From Candidatus Deferrimicrobiaceae bacterium (GTDB lineage: Bacteria > Desulfobacterota > Deferrimicrobia > Deferrimicrobiales > Deferrimicrobiaceae): 64,000 nucleotides of DNA. Under the pieces are notes generated by a model. That model was not told the origin of the DNA. It saw only the letters and a list, made by a program, of their open reading frames with translations, and made no database searches. A program made the translations under genes and the position numbers. Shown one piece after another: positions 1 through 11,488 of this stretch (position 1 is its first letter; each line of letters opens with the position of its first letter). The DNA is taken from assembly GCA_963792415.1 (NCBI GenBank), contig CAWBVY010000004.1, forward strand, positions 96,001-160,000, read 5' to 3'.

Positions 1-826
1 CGTCCCAGTCGAGCGGCATGAACCGGAACGTCGGATCGACGATGGGGTTCACCACCGTGAGATCCAGGCCGTACCGATCGGCGATCGGCTCCCAGTACGC
101 GGTCGCGGAGCCGCCCAGCGGGTCGACGCCGATCCGGATGCCGGCCCCGCGGATCGCCTCGAGGTTGAGCACCGCGCCGAGGTCGGCGACGTAGGAGCCG
201 ACATAATCGTGAGAAACGGTCGTGCCCGCCGCAGCGGCACGCTCGAACGGAATCCTGCGGACCTCTTCGCGACCGGACCGCAGGATCGCGTTGGCGCGTT
301 CCTCGATCGCTCGGGTGACCCCCGCATCCGCCGGACCTCCGTGCGGGGGGTTGTACTTGAACCCGCCGTCCTCGGGAGGATTGTGGGACGGGGTGATCAC
401 GATCCCGTCGGCCAGGCCCTCCTTCCGTCCCCGGTTGTGGGAGAGGATGGCGTGGGAGATGACCGGCGTGGGGGTGCAGACCCCGTCACGGTCCACCATC
501 ACCGTGACGCCGTTCCCCGCCAGCACCTCGAGCGCGCTGCGGAACGCCGGCTCCGAGAGGGCGTGGGTGTCCACCCCGAGGAAGAGCGGGCCCGTCGCCC
601 CCCCCGACCCACGGCGCTCGCAGATCGCCTGTGTCACGGCGAGGATGTGGTCCTCGTTGAAGGAACGGGAGAAGGACGAACCGCGATGGCCGGACGTTCC
701 GAAGGAGACCCGCTGCGAAGGCTCGGACGGGTCGGGATGTTCGATGAAATAGGCAGCGACCAGCCGCGGAACGTTGACGAGGTTCCTGGAACCGGTCCTT
801 TTCCCTGCATTCGGGTGTCTCCCCAC
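1..826 (-). CDS. pgm: phosphoglucomutase (alpha-D-glucose phosphate-specific), runs off window start
   Basis: Manual translation (not in ORF track): GTG at 826 after AAGGAG; MGRHPNAGK...FGTSGHRGSS...GIRIGVDPLGG...DPTFRFMPLDWD. Confidence 0.93.
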   Translation of the reverse strand, partial: MGRHPNAGKRTGSRNLVNVPRLVAAYFIEHPDPSEPSQRVSFGTSGHRGSSFSRSFNEDHILAVTQAICERRGSGGATGPLFLGVDTHALSEPAFRSALEVLAGNGVTVMVDRDGVCTPTPVISHAILSHNRGRKEGLADGIVITPSHNPPEDGGFKYNPPHGGPADAGVTRAIEERANAILRSGREEVRRIPFERAAAAGTTVSHDYVGSYVADLGAVLNLEAIRGAGIRIGVDPLGGSATAYWEPIADRYGLDLTVVNPIVDPTFRFMPLDWD

Positions 827-969
827 GGCTCGCTCTCCTTAAGAAACGCGCTCGATGAGAACAGGGTACGACAGAACGGCGGCGCGCGCACGCCAGTATG
901 TTGTCGACACGTTCTCGTGGCATAATATCTGGTTCAACCAGAATCACCCGTACGGAGAGGGCGGCTGAC

Positions 970-3900
970 ATGACAGCGAAGAGGAAATCGTTTCGCATAA
1001 ACGCCTCCGGCGTCCCGAAACCGACCGGGCTGTACGACCCGAAGAACGACCACGACAGCTGCGGCGTCGGGTTCATCGCGCGCATCGACGGCGTGTCCCT
1101 GCACGCCGTCGTCGAGCAGGGGATCCGGATCCTGGTCAACCTGGAGCACCGCGGCGCCCTGGGGGGCGACAAGTCCACCGGCGACGGGGCCGGCCTCCTC
1201 CTCGAGGTCCCCGACACCTTCTTCCGCCAGGTGTGCCCGGGGGACGGACTCTACCTTCCCGCGCGGGGCGAGTACGCCGCGGGGATGGTCTTCCTCCCCA
1301 TGGACGAAGCGCTTGCCGAGCGGTGCTCCGGGGCTCTCGAACAGATCGCCAACGCGGAAGGGTGCCCGGTCCTCGGGTGGCGCGAGGTGCCGGTCGACCC
1401 ATCGTTCCTCGGGGATCTCTCCGGGTCCACCCGGCCCCGGATCCGCCAGCTGTTCCTCGGGCGCGGAACCCACGAGGAAGATGCCTTCGAGCGGAAGCTG
1501 TATGTCATCCGCCGCCTCGCCGAGAAGGAGGTCGCCTCCTGGGACAATGTCGACACCAGCCAGTTCTACATTTCCAGCCTCTCCAGCCGGACGATCGTCT
1601 ACAAGGGGCTCCTGACCGGATCCCAGCTCCCGCGGTTCTACCCGGACCTGAACAACGAGCTCTTCATGAGCCCGTACGCGGTGGTCCACCAGCGATACAG
1701 CACGAACACCCTCCCCACCTGGCACCTGGCGCACCCGTTCCGGTTCGCCGCCCACAACGGGGAGATCAACACGCTGCGGGGGAACATCAACCGGATGCGG
1801 GCGCGGGAGGCGATCCTCGCCTCGCCGCTGTTCGGCGACGACATCGCGAAGCTGCGCCCCGTCATCAACGAGACGGGGAGCGACTCCGCCATCTTCGACA
1901 ACGTCCTCGAGCTGCTCGTGATGTCGGGACGGTCGCTGCCGCACGCCGTGATGATGATGATCCCCGAGGCGTGGGGCCCCAAGTTCCAGATGAGCGAGGA
2001 CAAGCGGTCGTTCTACGAGTACCACTCCACCATCATGGAGCCGTGGGACGGGCCGGCGGCGATGGTCTTCTGCGACGGGCGATACCTCGGCGCCACCCTC
2101 GACCGGAACGGACTGCGTCCCGCGCGGTACACCGTGACACGCGACGGGATGATCGTCCTCGCCTCGGAGACCGGGGTGATGGACATCCCGGCCGGCCGGA
2201 TCGTCCGGCGCGGCCGACTTCAGCCCGGGAGGATGCTCCTCCTCGACCTGCAGCAGAAGCGGATCGTCCCCGACAACGAGATCAAGGCGGCCATCTCCCG
2301 CCAAAAACCGTACCGGAAGTGGGTCAAGGACAACAAGATCGAGCTGCGGGGGCTCTTCGTCCCTTCCGAGATCCCCGCCGAAGACCCGGAAACGCTGCGA
2401 CGCAAGCAGCACGCCTTCGGATACACCGAGGAGGAGATCCGGCTCATCATCACGCCGATGGCGTCCCGGGGGCAGGAGGCGATCGGCTCGATGGGGGACG
2501 ACGCCGCGCTGGCGGTCCTGTCGAACCGGCCGCAGTCGCTCTTCGCCTACTTCAAGCAGCTCTTCGCCCAGGTGACGAACCCCCCGATCGACCCGCTCCG
2601 CGAGGAACTGGTGATGTCGCTGAACGGCTTCGTCGGGAAGGAGCGGAACCTTCTGGACGAGACCCCGGAGCATTGCCGCATGCTCCGCCTCATCCAGCCG
2701 ATCCTCACTCCGGAGGACATGCTCCGGCTTCGCGGCTCGACCCATCCGGACCTCGTCGCAGCCGACCTCGACATGCTCTTCCCGGCGGGCGGGGACGGCA
2801 AGGCTCTCCAGACGTCGCTGGCCAGGCTCTTCGTCCAGGCCGACAAGGCGGTCCGGGGGGGAGCGACCCTTCTCATCCTGACCGACAGGAACATGAACGC
2901 CGGCAACGCGCCGATCCCGTCGCTGCTCGCCACCGCGGGGCTGCACCATCACCTGATCCGCAGGGGTCTGCGGACGCAGGCGTCGATCGTCGTGGAAAGC
3001 GGCGAGCCCCGGGAGGTCATCCACTTCGCGCTCCTCCTCGGGTACGGCGCCAACGCGATCTGCCCCAGCACGGCCCTCTCCACGATCCGCGAGCTCGCCG
3101 AGAGCGAATCGCTGGAGGCTCCGCTGCTTCCGGGGGAGGCGGTGGACAAGTACGTCACCTCGGTGAAGAAGGGGCTCCTCAAGACCTTCAGCCGGATGGG
3201 GATCTCCACCCTGCGCAGCTTCCTCGGCTCCCAGATCTTCGAGGCGGTGGGGCTCGGGAAGGGGGTGGTGGAGAAATTTTTCACCAACACCGCCTCCCGC
3301 ATCGCCGGGATCGGGCTTTCCGAGATCGCCGCGGAAACCGTGGCGCGGCACCGGCGCGGCTTCCCGGCCGACGGCCGCTGGCGGAACGCGGACAACCTTC
3401 TCGACGTGGGCGGCGTCTACCAGCTCCGGGTCGACGGCGAGCGCCACCTGTGGACCCCGGAGTCGGTCTACAAGCTCCAGAGCGCGACCCGCCTGGACGA
3501 CTACGGGGTCTACAAGGAGTACGCGGCGCTCATCAACGACCAGTCGCTCGCGCACGCCACGCTGCGCTCGTTGTTCCGCTTCCGCAAGGGAACCCCGGTT
3601 CCCCTCGACGAGGTGGAGCCGGTCGAGAAGATCCTGCCGCGCTTCGTCACCGCGGCGATGTCGTTCGGCTCCATCAGCAAGGAGACCCACGAGACGATCG
3701 CCATCGCGATGAACCGGATCGGCGGGCGGAGCAACTCCGGGGAGGGCGGGGAGGATCCCGATCGGAACATCCCGCTACCGAACGGGGACAGCATGCGGTC
3801 CCGGATCCGGCAGGTCGCCTCCGCGCGCTTCGGGGCGACGACCGAGTACCTGGTGAACGCCGACGAGCTGCAGATCAAGATGGCGCAGGGGGCCAAGCCC

Positions 3901-5562
3901 GGCGAAGGCGGGCAGCTTCCCGGCCACAAGGTAAGCCCCGAGATCGCCCGGATCCGCCACACGATGCCGTACGTGACGCTCATCTCGCCGCCGCCGCACC
4001 ACGACATCTACTCCATCGAGGACCTCGCGCAGCTCATCTACGACCTGAAATCGGTCAACCCGCGGGCGGACGTCTCCGTCAAGCTCGTCTCCGAGGTCGG
4101 CGTCGGCACGATCGCGGCGGGGGTCGCCAAGGCGAAAGCCGACCTCGTGCTCATCGCGGGGAGCGACGGCGGCACGGGCGCCTCGCCGCTCACATCCATC
4201 AAGCACACGGGCCTTCCGTGGGAGCTCGGGCTGGCCGAGACCCAGCAGGCGCTGATCTACAACCGGCTTCGGGACCGGATCCGGGTGCAGGTCGACGGGC
4301 AGCTGAAGACCGGCCGGGACCTCGCCATCGCGGCGCTGATGGGGGCCGAGGAGTTCGGGTTCGGTACCGCCGTGCTCGTGAGTCTCGGGTGCATCATGAT
4401 GCGGAAGTGCCACCTGAACACCTGCCCGGTGGGGGTGGCGACCCAGGACCCGGTCCTGCGCGCGCGGTTCGGCGGCGCGCCCGAGTACGTCGTGCGCTTC
4501 CTCCGCTTCGTTTCCGAGGAGCTGCGCGAATACATGGCGGAGCTCGGGTTCCGCACGCTCGACGAGATGGTGGGCCGGGTCGACCTGCTGGAGGTCCAGC
4601 CGGCGATCGAGCACTGGAAGGCCCAGGGGCTCGACTTCTCCGCCATGCTTCTGCCCCCCGACAACGGACAGAAGAGCCCGCGGCACCGCGTGCGTCCGCA
4701 GGAGCACGAGGTCGGAAAGGCCCTCGACCACGAGATCATGGCGCTCGCCCGGTGCGCCCTGGACCGGAAGGAGCCCGTTCGGATCGAGCTGCCGATCCGG
4801 AACGTCCACCGGTCGGTGGGCGCGGCGCTCTCCGGCGAGATCACCCGCCGCTACGGGGCCGCGGGACTGCCCGACGACACGATCCACCTCACCCTCCTGG
4901 GCTCCGCGGGCCAGAGCTTCGGGGCGTTCCTGGCCCCCGGCGTCACGATGCACGTGTACGGGGACGCCAACGACTACCTCGGCAAGGGGATGTCGGGGGG
5001 ACGGATCGTCGTGACCCCCCCGGAGGGAGCGACCTTCCTCCCGCACAATAACGTGATCGTCGGAAACGTCGTGCTCTACGGCGCCACGGGCGGCGAGGTT
5101 TACTTCCACGGGACCGCCGGGGAGCGGTTCGCGGTCCGCAACAGCGGCGGGAGCGCCGTCGTGGAAGGCGTCGGTGACCACGGGTGCGAATACATGACCG
5201 GCGGGGTCGTCGTGGTGCTGGGGCCGACCGGGGTCAACTTCGCCGCCGGGATGAGCGGGGGGCTCGCCTACGTCTACGACGAGACGGAGCTGTTCGACAC
5301 CCGCTGCAACCTCGACATGGTCGACGTGGAGAGCGTCTGGCAGGAGGAGGACGTGAAGCGCCTCCACGCCATGATCGAGAGCCACTTCCGGTACACGGGG
5401 AGCCAGCGGGCCGCGCAGATCCTCGAGAACTGGGAGTCCCGCCTCCCCCTGTTCGTCAAGATCATGCCGATCGAGTACCGGAAGTCGCTGGAGCGGATGC
5501 GCATGGAGGAGGAGATGAACACCGAGAGCGTCTCCGCCACCGAGGAGGTCTACCGTGGCTAA
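970..5562 (+). CDS. gltB: glutamate synthase large subunit
   Basis: CGVGF Ntn start, [41 protein letters not shown]; ATG 970 after GGAGAGG. Confidence 0.97.
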   Translation: MTAKRKSFRINASGVPKPTGLYDPKNDHDSCGVGFIARIDGVSLHAVVEQGIRILVNLEHRGALGGDKSTGDGAGLLLEVPDTFFRQVCPGDGLYLPARGEYAAGMVFLPMDEALAERCSGALEQIANAEGCPVLGWREVPVDPSFLGDLSGSTRPRIRQLFLGRGTHEEDAFERKLYVIRRLAEKEVASWDNVDTSQFYISSLSSRTIVYKGLLTGSQLPRFYPDLNNELFMSPYAVVHQRYSTNTLPTWHLAHPFRFAAHNGEINTLRGNINRMRAREAILASPLFGDDIAKLRPVINETGSDSAIFDNVLELLVMSGRSLPHAVMMMIPEAWGPKFQMSEDKRSFYEYHSTIMEPWDGPAAMVFCDGRYLGATLDRNGLRPARYTVTRDGMIVLASETGVMDIPAGRIVRRGRLQPGRMLLLDLQQKRIVPDNEIKAAISRQKPYRKWVKDNKIELRGLFVPSEIPAEDPETLRRKQHAFGYTEEEIRLIITPMASRGQEAIGSMGDDAALAVLSNRPQSLFAYFKQLFAQVTNPPIDPLREELVMSLNGFVGKERNLLDETPEHCRMLRLIQPILTPEDMLRLRGSTHPDLVAADLDMLFPAGGDGKALQTSLARLFVQADKAVRGGATLLILTDRNMNAGNAPIPSLLATAGLHHHLIRRGLRTQASIVVESGEPREVIHFALLLGYGANAICPSTALSTIRELAESESLEAPLLPGEAVDKYVTSVKKGLLKTFSRMGISTLRSFLGSQIFEAVGLGKGVVEKFFTNTASRIAGIGLSEIAAETVARHRRGFPADGRWRNADNLLDVGGVYQLRVDGERHLWTPESVYKLQSATRLDDYGVYKEYAALINDQSLAHATLRSLFRFRKGTPVPLDEVEPVEKILPRFVTAAMSFGSISKETHETIAIAMNRIGGRSNSGEGGEDPDRNIPLPNGDSMRSRIRQVASARFGATTEYLVNADELQIKMAQGAKPGEGGQLPGHKVSPEIARIRHTMPYVTLISPPPHHDIYSIEDLAQLIYDLKSVNPRADVSVKLVSEVGVGTIAAGVAKAKADLVLIAGSDGGTGASPLTSIKHTGLPWELGLAETQQALIYNRLRDRIRVQVDGQLKTGRDLAIAALMGAEEFGFGTAVLVSLGCIMMRKCHLNTCPVGVATQDPVLRARFGGAPEYVVRFLRFVSEELREYMAELGFRTLDEMVGRVDLLEVQPAIEHWKAQGLDFSAMLLPPDNGQKSPRHRVRPQEHEVGKALDHEIMALARCALDRKEPVRIELPIRNVHRSVGAALSGEITRRYGAAGLPDDTIHLTLLGSAGQSFGAFLAPGVTMHVYGDANDYLGKGMSGGRIVVTPPEGATFLPHNNVIVGNVVLYGATGGEVYFHGTAGERFAVRNSGGSAVVEGVGDHGCEYMTGGVVVVLGPTGVNFAAGMSGGLAYVYDETELFDTRCNLDMVDVESVWQEEDVKRLHAMIESHFRYTGSQRAAQILENWESRLPLFVKIMPIEYRKSLERMRMEEEMNTESVSATEEVYRG

Positions 5563-6985
5563 GCCGACCGGGTTCATGGAGCACGATCGGGAGGAACCGA
5601 TCCACCGGCCGGTGACCGAACGGGTCGGGGACTACCGCGAGATCGAGGAACTGCTCCCCGAGGAGGGGATCTACCGCCAGGCGGTGCGCTGCATGGATTG
5701 CGGGATCCCGTTCTGCCACTCCTACGGCTGCCCCGTGAAGAACCGGATCCCCGACTGGAACGAGATGGTCTACCGGAAGAACTGGCGGAAGGCGCTCGAC
5801 CTGCTGCACGCCACCTGCAACCTTCCGGAGATCACGGGCCGGGTATGTCCCGCCCCGTGCGAGGCCGCGTGCACCCTGGCGATCAACCTCCCCGCGGTCA
5901 CCATCCGCCACCTCGAGCTTCAGATCGTGGAGCACGGCTGGCGGGAGGAGTGGATCCGGCCGGAGCCGGCGGGGTTTTCGACCGGCAAGCGCGTGGCCGT
6001 CGTGGGATCCGGTCCCGCGGGGCTCCCCGCCGCCCAGCAGCTCGCGCGCAACGGCCACGAGGTGGTCGTCTTCGAGAAGGCGGACCGGATCGGGGGGCTT
6101 TTGCGGTACGGCATCCCCGACTTCAAACTCGAGAAGTGGGTCATCGACCGTCGGCTCGACCAGATGCGGGCCGAGGGGGTGGTCTTCGAAACGGGCGTCA
6201 ACGCGGGGGTGGACGTCTCCGCCGCGTACCTGCGCCGATCCTTCGACGCGATCGTCCTGGCCGCCGGGGCGACGTCGGCGCGCGACCTGCCCGTCCCCGG
6301 GAGGGACCTCAAGGGGGTCCACTTCGCGATGGAGTTCCTCACGCAGCAGAACCGGCGGAACGCCGGAGACACGATCCCCGAGGGGGAAGGGATCTCCGCG
6401 ACGGGGAAGCACGTGGTGGTGATCGGCGGGGGGGACACGGGATCGGACTGCATCGGCACCAGCCGCCGGCAGGGGGCCGCCTCGATCACCCAGATCGAGC
6501 TGCTGCCGATGCCTCCGGAGGAACGGCTCCCGACCAACCCGTGGCCCACGTGGCCGGTCGTCCTGCGGACCTCTTCTTCCCAGGAGGAAGGGTGCGAGCG
6601 GATGTGGAGCGTCCAGACGAAGGCGTTCCTCGGCGAAAAGGGAGCGGTCCGGAAGATTTCCTGCGTGGAACTGGATTGGACCGGGCCGGACGCCGCGGGG
6701 AGTCGTTCGTTCAAGGAGATCCCCGGCTCCGCGTTCGAGCTGCGGGCGGACCTCGTGCTCCTGGCGATGGGGTTCGTCCACGTGGAGCACGGCCCGCTGG
6801 TCCGGGACCTGGGCGTTGCGACGGACGGGCGGGGGAACCTGGTTTCCGACGGGAACTGCATGACGAACGTCCCCGGCGTCTTCGGGGCGGGGGACGCCGT
6901 CATCGGCGCCTCTCTCGTGGTGCGAGCGATCGACCTCGGCCGGCTGGCCGCGGCGGGGGCGGACCGGTACCTCGTCGGGCGCTGA
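5555..6985 (+). CDS. gltD: glutamate synthase small subunit
   Basis: [34 protein letters not shown]; overlaps gltB stop. Confidence 0.97.
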   Translation: MAKPTGFMEHDREEPIHRPVTERVGDYREIEELLPEEGIYRQAVRCMDCGIPFCHSYGCPVKNRIPDWNEMVYRKNWRKALDLLHATCNLPEITGRVCPAPCEAACTLAINLPAVTIRHLELQIVEHGWREEWIRPEPAGFSTGKRVAVVGSGPAGLPAAQQLARNGHEVVVFEKADRIGGLLRYGIPDFKLEKWVIDRRLDQMRAEGVVFETGVNAGVDVSAAYLRRSFDAIVLAAGATSARDLPVPGRDLKGVHFAMEFLTQQNRRNAGDTIPEGEGISATGKHVVVIGGGDTGSDCIGTSRRQGAASITQIELLPMPPEERLPTNPWPTWPVVLRTSSSQEEGCERMWSVQTKAFLGEKGAVRKISCVELDWTGPDAAGSRSFKEIPGSAFELRADLVLLAMGFVHVEHGPLVRDLGVATDGRGNLVSDGNCMTNVPGVFGAGDAVIGASLVVRAIDLGRLAAAGADRYLVGR

Positions 6986-7063
6986 CCCGCGAAACGATCC
7001 GCTCCTTCCGGGAATCCCTTTTTTGAATTGGCGGACAATCAACCTGTCAAGAAGGAGGAACTT

Positions 7064-7660
7064 ATGCGTCGAAGGATGATTCTTGTGGCGGCGGTCCTGT
7101 GTCTCGTGGCGCCGGGACTTCTACATGCGGCCCCCTGGGAGTTCGACCCGGCCCACACCGGGGTCCAGTTCAAGGTACGTCACCTGATGATCTCCTCGGT
7201 GCGGGGGGAGTTCGAAAAAGTCACCGGGAAGATCGTGTACGACGAGGCGGACGTGACGAAATCGACGGCCGACATCACCATCGACGCGGCCTCGATCAAC
7301 ACGCGCGTGGCGAAACGCGACGAGCACCTGCGCAGCCCCGATTTCCTCGACGTGGCGAAGTACCCCGCGATCACCTTCAGGTCGAAGCGGGTCGAAAAGA
7401 CGGGGAACGGAGCACTGAAGATGACCGGAGACCTTACGATCCGGGGCGTGACGAAAGAGGTGGTCCTTGCCGTCGAGGGGCCCTCCCCGGAGATCAGGGA
7501 CCCGGAAGGCAACCTCCGCGTGGGCGGACAGGCGACCACGAAAATCCACCGGAAGGATTTCGGGCTGACGTGGAACAAGACGGTCGATGGGGGAGGGGTC
7601 GTCGTGGGCGACGAGGTGGAGATCACCATCGACGTGGAGATTTACAGGAAGCCGGCGTGA
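7064..7660 (+). CDS. YceI family periplasmic lipid/polyisoprenoid-binding protein
   Basis: Signal peptide, DPAHT..F.VRHL, SINT...RDEHLRSPDF, GDLTIRGVTK. Confidence 0.9.
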   Translation: MRRRMILVAAVLCLVAPGLLHAAPWEFDPAHTGVQFKVRHLMISSVRGEFEKVTGKIVYDEADVTKSTADITIDAASINTRVAKRDEHLRSPDFLDVAKYPAITFRSKRVEKTGNGALKMTGDLTIRGVTKEVVLAVEGPSPEIRDPEGNLRVGGQATTKIHRKDFGLTWNKTVDGGGVVVGDEVEITIDVEIYRKPA

Positions 7661-7770
7661 CGTGATGGTACGCTCCGAAGGAAGCGGTTGACGTCCCTGC
7701 CGCGTTGCAGGTATGTATGGTGAGTCCGGTTCAGGGATCCGGATTCAATCCATCCTTTCGGAGGGAACCG

Positions 7771-8694
7771 ATGCGCAAGACGATCTCCATTCCGCTCCTC
7801 GCGGCCCTGCTCTTCAGTGTCGCCGGCACCCCGGCGCTGGCGATCAACCAGCCACCGCTGAACCTCGGCCTGACCGATATCCTCGACGGCGCCCTACCGG
7901 GCCCCGGGACGTACCTGACGGAGTACATACAACCGTACAGCGCAAGCAAGATCAAGAAAGTGCTCGGGGGGGGCGACTTGGACGCAGGCGTGTCGAACAC
8001 GCTCGCCATGACCCAGTTCGTGCACGTTTACAAACACAAGGTGCTCGGGGGGAACCTCGGCGCGGACCTGCTCATCCCAGCGGTCACGATCAGCGCGGAC
8101 TCCCCGCTCACCACAAACCCCGGCTGGTTCGGGGACATCACGGTGGGCCCTTTCCTGCAGTGGTTCGACACGAAGCTCTTCGGCATGCCCTACTTTCAAA
8201 GGTTGGAACTGGACTTCTCCATCCCGACCGGGGAGTACGACAAGAAATACACCCTGAACCCGGGCAGCAACCACTGGGTCATCGAGCCGTACTACGCCTT
8301 CACCCTGTTCATGACGCCGAAACTTTCCACCTCATGGCGGATCCACTACACGTACAGTATGGAGAACGACGATGTTGAGCCCTCCCCGCTGAACAACTTT
8401 TCGACCCGTGTGACGCCGGGCCAGGCGTTCCACTTCAACTACTCCTTCGAGTACGAGTTCTTCAAGGACTTCCGGGGGGCGGTGGCAGGGTACTACCTGA
8501 AGCAGATCACGGAAGACGACACCGGCAACGGGACCTTGAGCAACTCCAAGGAACAGGTCTTCGCCGTCGGGCCGGCGGTCTCCTGGGCCGCGTCCCCGAA
8601 CTTCTTCCTGGGTCTGAAGACCCAGTGGGAGTCGTCCGCGGAAAACCGCCCCGAGGGGAACCGGACCACGTTCCGGATGACGTACAAGTTCTGA
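7771..8694 (+). CDS. SphA/MetA-pathway phenol degradation-like outer membrane beta-barrel channel
   Basis: Signal peptide, GDITVGP, PTGEYD..N.G.NHW, GYYLKQITED, C-terminal Phe. Confidence 0.75.
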   Translation: MRKTISIPLLAALLFSVAGTPALAINQPPLNLGLTDILDGALPGPGTYLTEYIQPYSASKIKKVLGGGDLDAGVSNTLAMTQFVHVYKHKVLGGNLGADLLIPAVTISADSPLTTNPGWFGDITVGPFLQWFDTKLFGMPYFQRLELDFSIPTGEYDKKYTLNPGSNHWVIEPYYAFTLFMTPKLSTSWRIHYTYSMENDDVEPSPLNNFSTRVTPGQAFHFNYSFEYEFFKDFRGAVAGYYLKQITEDDTGNGTLSNSKEQVFAVGPAVSWAASPNFFLGLKTQWESSAENRPEGNRTTFRMTYKF

Positions 8695-8701
8695 CAGCAC
8701 G

Positions 8702-9007
8702 GTGGCGGGCGGGGAGATCGACCTGCACGGCCTGACCGTCGCGGATTCCCTCACCCTCTTCACGGCACATTACAACGCGCGGCTGCGGGCGGGGGACACC
8801 GGCCCGATCCGCGTGATCCACGGCTACGGCTCCTCGGGCCGCGGCGGAGACTTGCGGGCGGCGCTCCGCGAGCTGCTCTCCCGCCACGCCGCCCGCCTCG
8901 AATTCGTTCCCGGCGAGACGTACTTCAACAATCCCGGCGTTACGGTCGTCTACCCGAAGCACCCGCTCCCGGCACCTTCCCGGAACCCCCGGGCGGGACG
9001 CCGCTAG
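8702..9007 (+). CDS. stand-alone Smr/MutS2 domain protein
   Basis: IDLHGLT, VIHGYG, NPGVTVV motifs. Confidence 0.85.
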   Translation: MAGGEIDLHGLTVADSLTLFTAHYNARLRAGDTGPIRVIHGYGSSGRGGDLRAALRELLSRHAARLEFVPGETYFNNPGVTVVYPKHPLPAPSRNPRAGRR

Positions 9008-9014
9008 CGCACCG

Positions 9015-9596
9015 TCACCGCTCCCCGGCCAGTCGTTTCAGCAGCCACGCCATGTTCCGCCCGAGGGTTCGCATCGTCGCCACCCCCTCCTCGTCCTTCT
9101 CCACATCGCCGATCTCCCGGCCGACACCGATGTTCCAGTAGCTCGACCCGGGGACGATCATCTCGCCGATGAGGAAGAAGTGGTTCATCGTGTCGAAGGC
9201 GTGGATCGCACCGGCGCGGCGCACCGCCACCACAGCCGCCCCGGCCTTCCGCCGGTACATGTTTCCGTTGGCCCGCCCGACCATCCCCGCGCGGTCGATC
9301 AGCGCCTTCATCTCCGCGGTGACGTCGGTGAAGTAGGTGGGAGATCCGAGCAAGATCCCGTCGGCGGCGTCGATCTTCTCGATGCAGTCGTTCGCCGCGT
9401 CGCCCTCCACCGCGCACCGGCGGTCCTTGTTCGTGAAACATTTGTAGCAGGCGGTGCACCCGCGGATCCTCTTTCCGGCCAGCTCCACGAGTTCGGTTTC
9501 GACCCCCTCCATCTCCAGTTCGGCGAACACATGCCGAAGGAGCAAGGTCGTGTTCCCACCCTTCCGGGCGCTTCCGTTGATCCCCACCACGCGCAT
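9015..9596 (-). CDS. iron-sulfur flavoprotein / flavodoxin-family FMN reductase
   Basis: GINGSARKGGNT, CTACYKC..C, GSPTYF. Confidence 0.9.
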   Translation of the reverse strand: MRVVGINGSARKGGNTTLLLRHVFAELEMEGVETELVELAGKRIRGCTACYKCFTNKDRRCAVEGDAANDCIEKIDAADGILLGSPTYFTDVTAEMKALIDRAGMVGRANGNMYRRKAGAAVVAVRRAGAIHAFDTMNHFFLIGEMIVPGSSYWNIGVGREIGDVEKDEEGVATMRTLGRNMAWLLKRLAGER

Positions 9597-9766
9597 CGGG
9601 ACTCCCCCCATCCGATATTCGGCGGCTCCCGGGACGGGACCGCCCCCGTGCGTAGTGTAGCGGAGAACGGAAAAATCTTCTCCTCCCGTTCCGATCGCCA
9701 CCTCCGGCAGACAATCCCGGGGCGAGGGTGATAAAATGCCCGGAAACACCCGGAGAGGGGATACGG

Positions 9767-10225
9767 ATGAATCGTCTCGGTACATGGATCGTCCTTTGCG
9801 TTTCGATCGTGGTGCTGGCGGCAGGTGGCGATGCGTTTGCGTTCGGGAATGCGGCGAGCGGTGGGAGCAAGGACGCGAAGAAGCAGGCCGCCTCCGAACC
9901 GATCCAGGTGGAAAAGGCGAAGGGAGCGGACGCCTATACCGTGTCCGAGACCTACGAGAATGCCGGCAAACTGGACAAGAAGAACGTCGTCGTCCGGGGG
10001 AAGGTCGTCAAAATCTCCAAAGGGATCATGGGAAAGAACTGGGTCCACCTTCGCGACGGCAGCGGGGATCCGGAAAAGGGAACGAACGACCTGGTGGTCA
10101 CCACGCAGGACGTTCCCAAGGTCGGGGACGTGGTGACGGCCAAGGGAACCCTCTCCAAGGACAAGGACCTCGGGTCGGGGTACAAGTACAAGGTGATCGT
10201 CGAAAAGGCGACCGTCAAACCTTAG
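9767..10225 (+). CDS. exported OB-fold protein
   Basis: Signal peptide; VRGKVVK..IMGKNWVHLRDGSG; DKDLGSGYKY. Confidence 0.75.
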   Translation: MNRLGTWIVLCVSIVVLAAGGDAFAFGNAASGGSKDAKKQAASEPIQVEKAKGADAYTVSETYENAGKLDKKNVVVRGKVVKISKGIMGKNWVHLRDGSGDPEKGTNDLVVTTQDVPKVGDVVTAKGTLSKDKDLGSGYKYKVIVEKATVKP

Positions 10226-10288
10226 CACCGCGTTTCATAAATTCGGTTGCACTCGAGGCCCGCTGCATCCGCCCCGGATCGGGGGAAG

Positions 10289-11443
10289 ATGAAATCGACA
10301 TCCTCGAGCATTCGTCCCTGCATCCGGATTTTCGCGGCCCTTGTCTCGGCTGCGGTTCTGTTCTTCGCAACCGGGAGTTCTCCGGCGGCCGATGCCCAGG
10401 GCGGTTCCGCGCCCACCGGAACGGACAACGTCGCGATCCCGGAGGCGCCCGCCGCAACGGACAACGTCCCGATTCCGGAGGCGCCCGCCGTAGCGGACAA
10501 CGTCGTGATTCTGGAAGTGCCCGTCCCAACGGACAACGGGTGGGTGGACCGATCCCATTCCTGGATCGAGACGGGCCTGTTCGACATGGTCGTCTGGTTC
10601 GACCGGTTCTTCGGCGACGAACGGATGAAGATCACGGAACGGCCCGAGTGGTTCCTGCGGTGGAAGACGGAGTTCCGGTGGGACCAGGAGGAGAACTTCA
10701 TCTTCCGCAGCTCGGTCCGGGCCTCCCTGCACCTCCCGAGGCTCAAGAAGCGGTGGCGGCTGGTCTTCACCAGTGAGAGCCGGGGCGATCCGACCGCCGT
10801 CATCCCGGAGGATCCCGGGAACCCGGGAGTGAACCCGGCAAGCCAGGTCCGGTCCAGCTCCACGGAACTGGTCTACAACATCTTCCAGACCCCGCGCTCC
10901 ACCCTCGACGCGGGGGCCGGGGTGCAGGTGAAGATCCCCCCCAACGCTTTTCTCCGGACCCGGTTCCAGCACGCGCGGCCCCTCGCGCCCGACACCCTCG
11001 GCCGGTTCACTGCGACCGCGTACTGGGACCACCGCGACGGTTTCGGCGAATCGAACCAGCTCGACCTCGAACGCTGGCTCGCCCCGCCCACCCTGCTCCG
11101 ATGGTCCAACTCCATGACCATCACGGAGACGGACCGATGGTGGACGTGGGGATCGGAGCTCTCCCTCCTCCACAAACTCTCCCCGAAAAGCGCGATCACC
11201 TTCGCCGGGGGCGCCTCGGGCTCCACGCACCCTTCGTGGGTCGCAACGGATTACCGGATCCTCGCCCGATACCGCAGGAGCATCTGGCGGAAATGGCTCT
11301 TCCTCGAGGGGGAGCCCGACATCCACTGGCCGAGGAAGGAGGACGGGAGTCGTAAGCCGTTGTGGGGCGCGACCTTGCGGGTGGAGGTCCTGTTCGCCGG
11401 AACCGAACCGGATCCGAAGGGCGGCGGAGGGAACAAGCCTTGA
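10289..11443 (+). CDS. putative outer membrane beta-barrel protein with N-terminal repeats
   Basis: Signal peptide, WFDRFFG motif, alternating beta-strand pattern. Confidence 0.6.
   Translation: MKSTSSSIRPCIRIFAALVSAAVLFFATGSSPAADAQGGSAPTGTDNVAIPEAPAATDNVPIPEAPAVADNVVILEVPVPTDNGWVDRSHSWIETGLFDMVVWFDRFFGDERMKITERPEWFLRWKTEFRWDQEENFIFRSSVRASLHLPRLKKRWRLVFTSESRGDPTAVIPEDPGNPGVNPASQVRSSSTELVYNIFQTPRSTLDAGAGVQVKIPPNAFLRTRFQHARPLAPDTLGRFTATAYWDHRDGFGESNQLDLERWLAPPTLLRWSNSMTITETDRWWTWGSELSLLHKLSPKSAITFAGGASGSTHPSWVATDYRILARYRRSIWRKWLFLEGEPDIHWPRKEDGSRKPLWGATLRVEVLFAGTEPDPKGGGGNKP
10421..10538 (+). repeat. in-frame 36-bp tandem repeat, about 3.3 copies (TDNVxIPEAPAx)
   Basis: (A/G)CGGACAACG units start at 10421, 10457, 10493, 10529. 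Confidence 0.85.
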
Positions 11444-11488
11444 CGCCGAGGGACCTGGTATGCGGAACCGGAGCGAGGCCCCCGGGAG

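Noticed and set aside
934-5577. Long alternative-frame and antisense ORFs (e.g. 1233-5051, 934-3690, 33720-35966, 52531-54789)
   Set aside because: Shadow ORFs expected from high GC3 over well-supported genes; no motifs
10421-10538. 36-bp repeats as a CRISPR array
   Set aside because: Units are contiguous with no spacers, in frame in a CDS, and no cas genes are present
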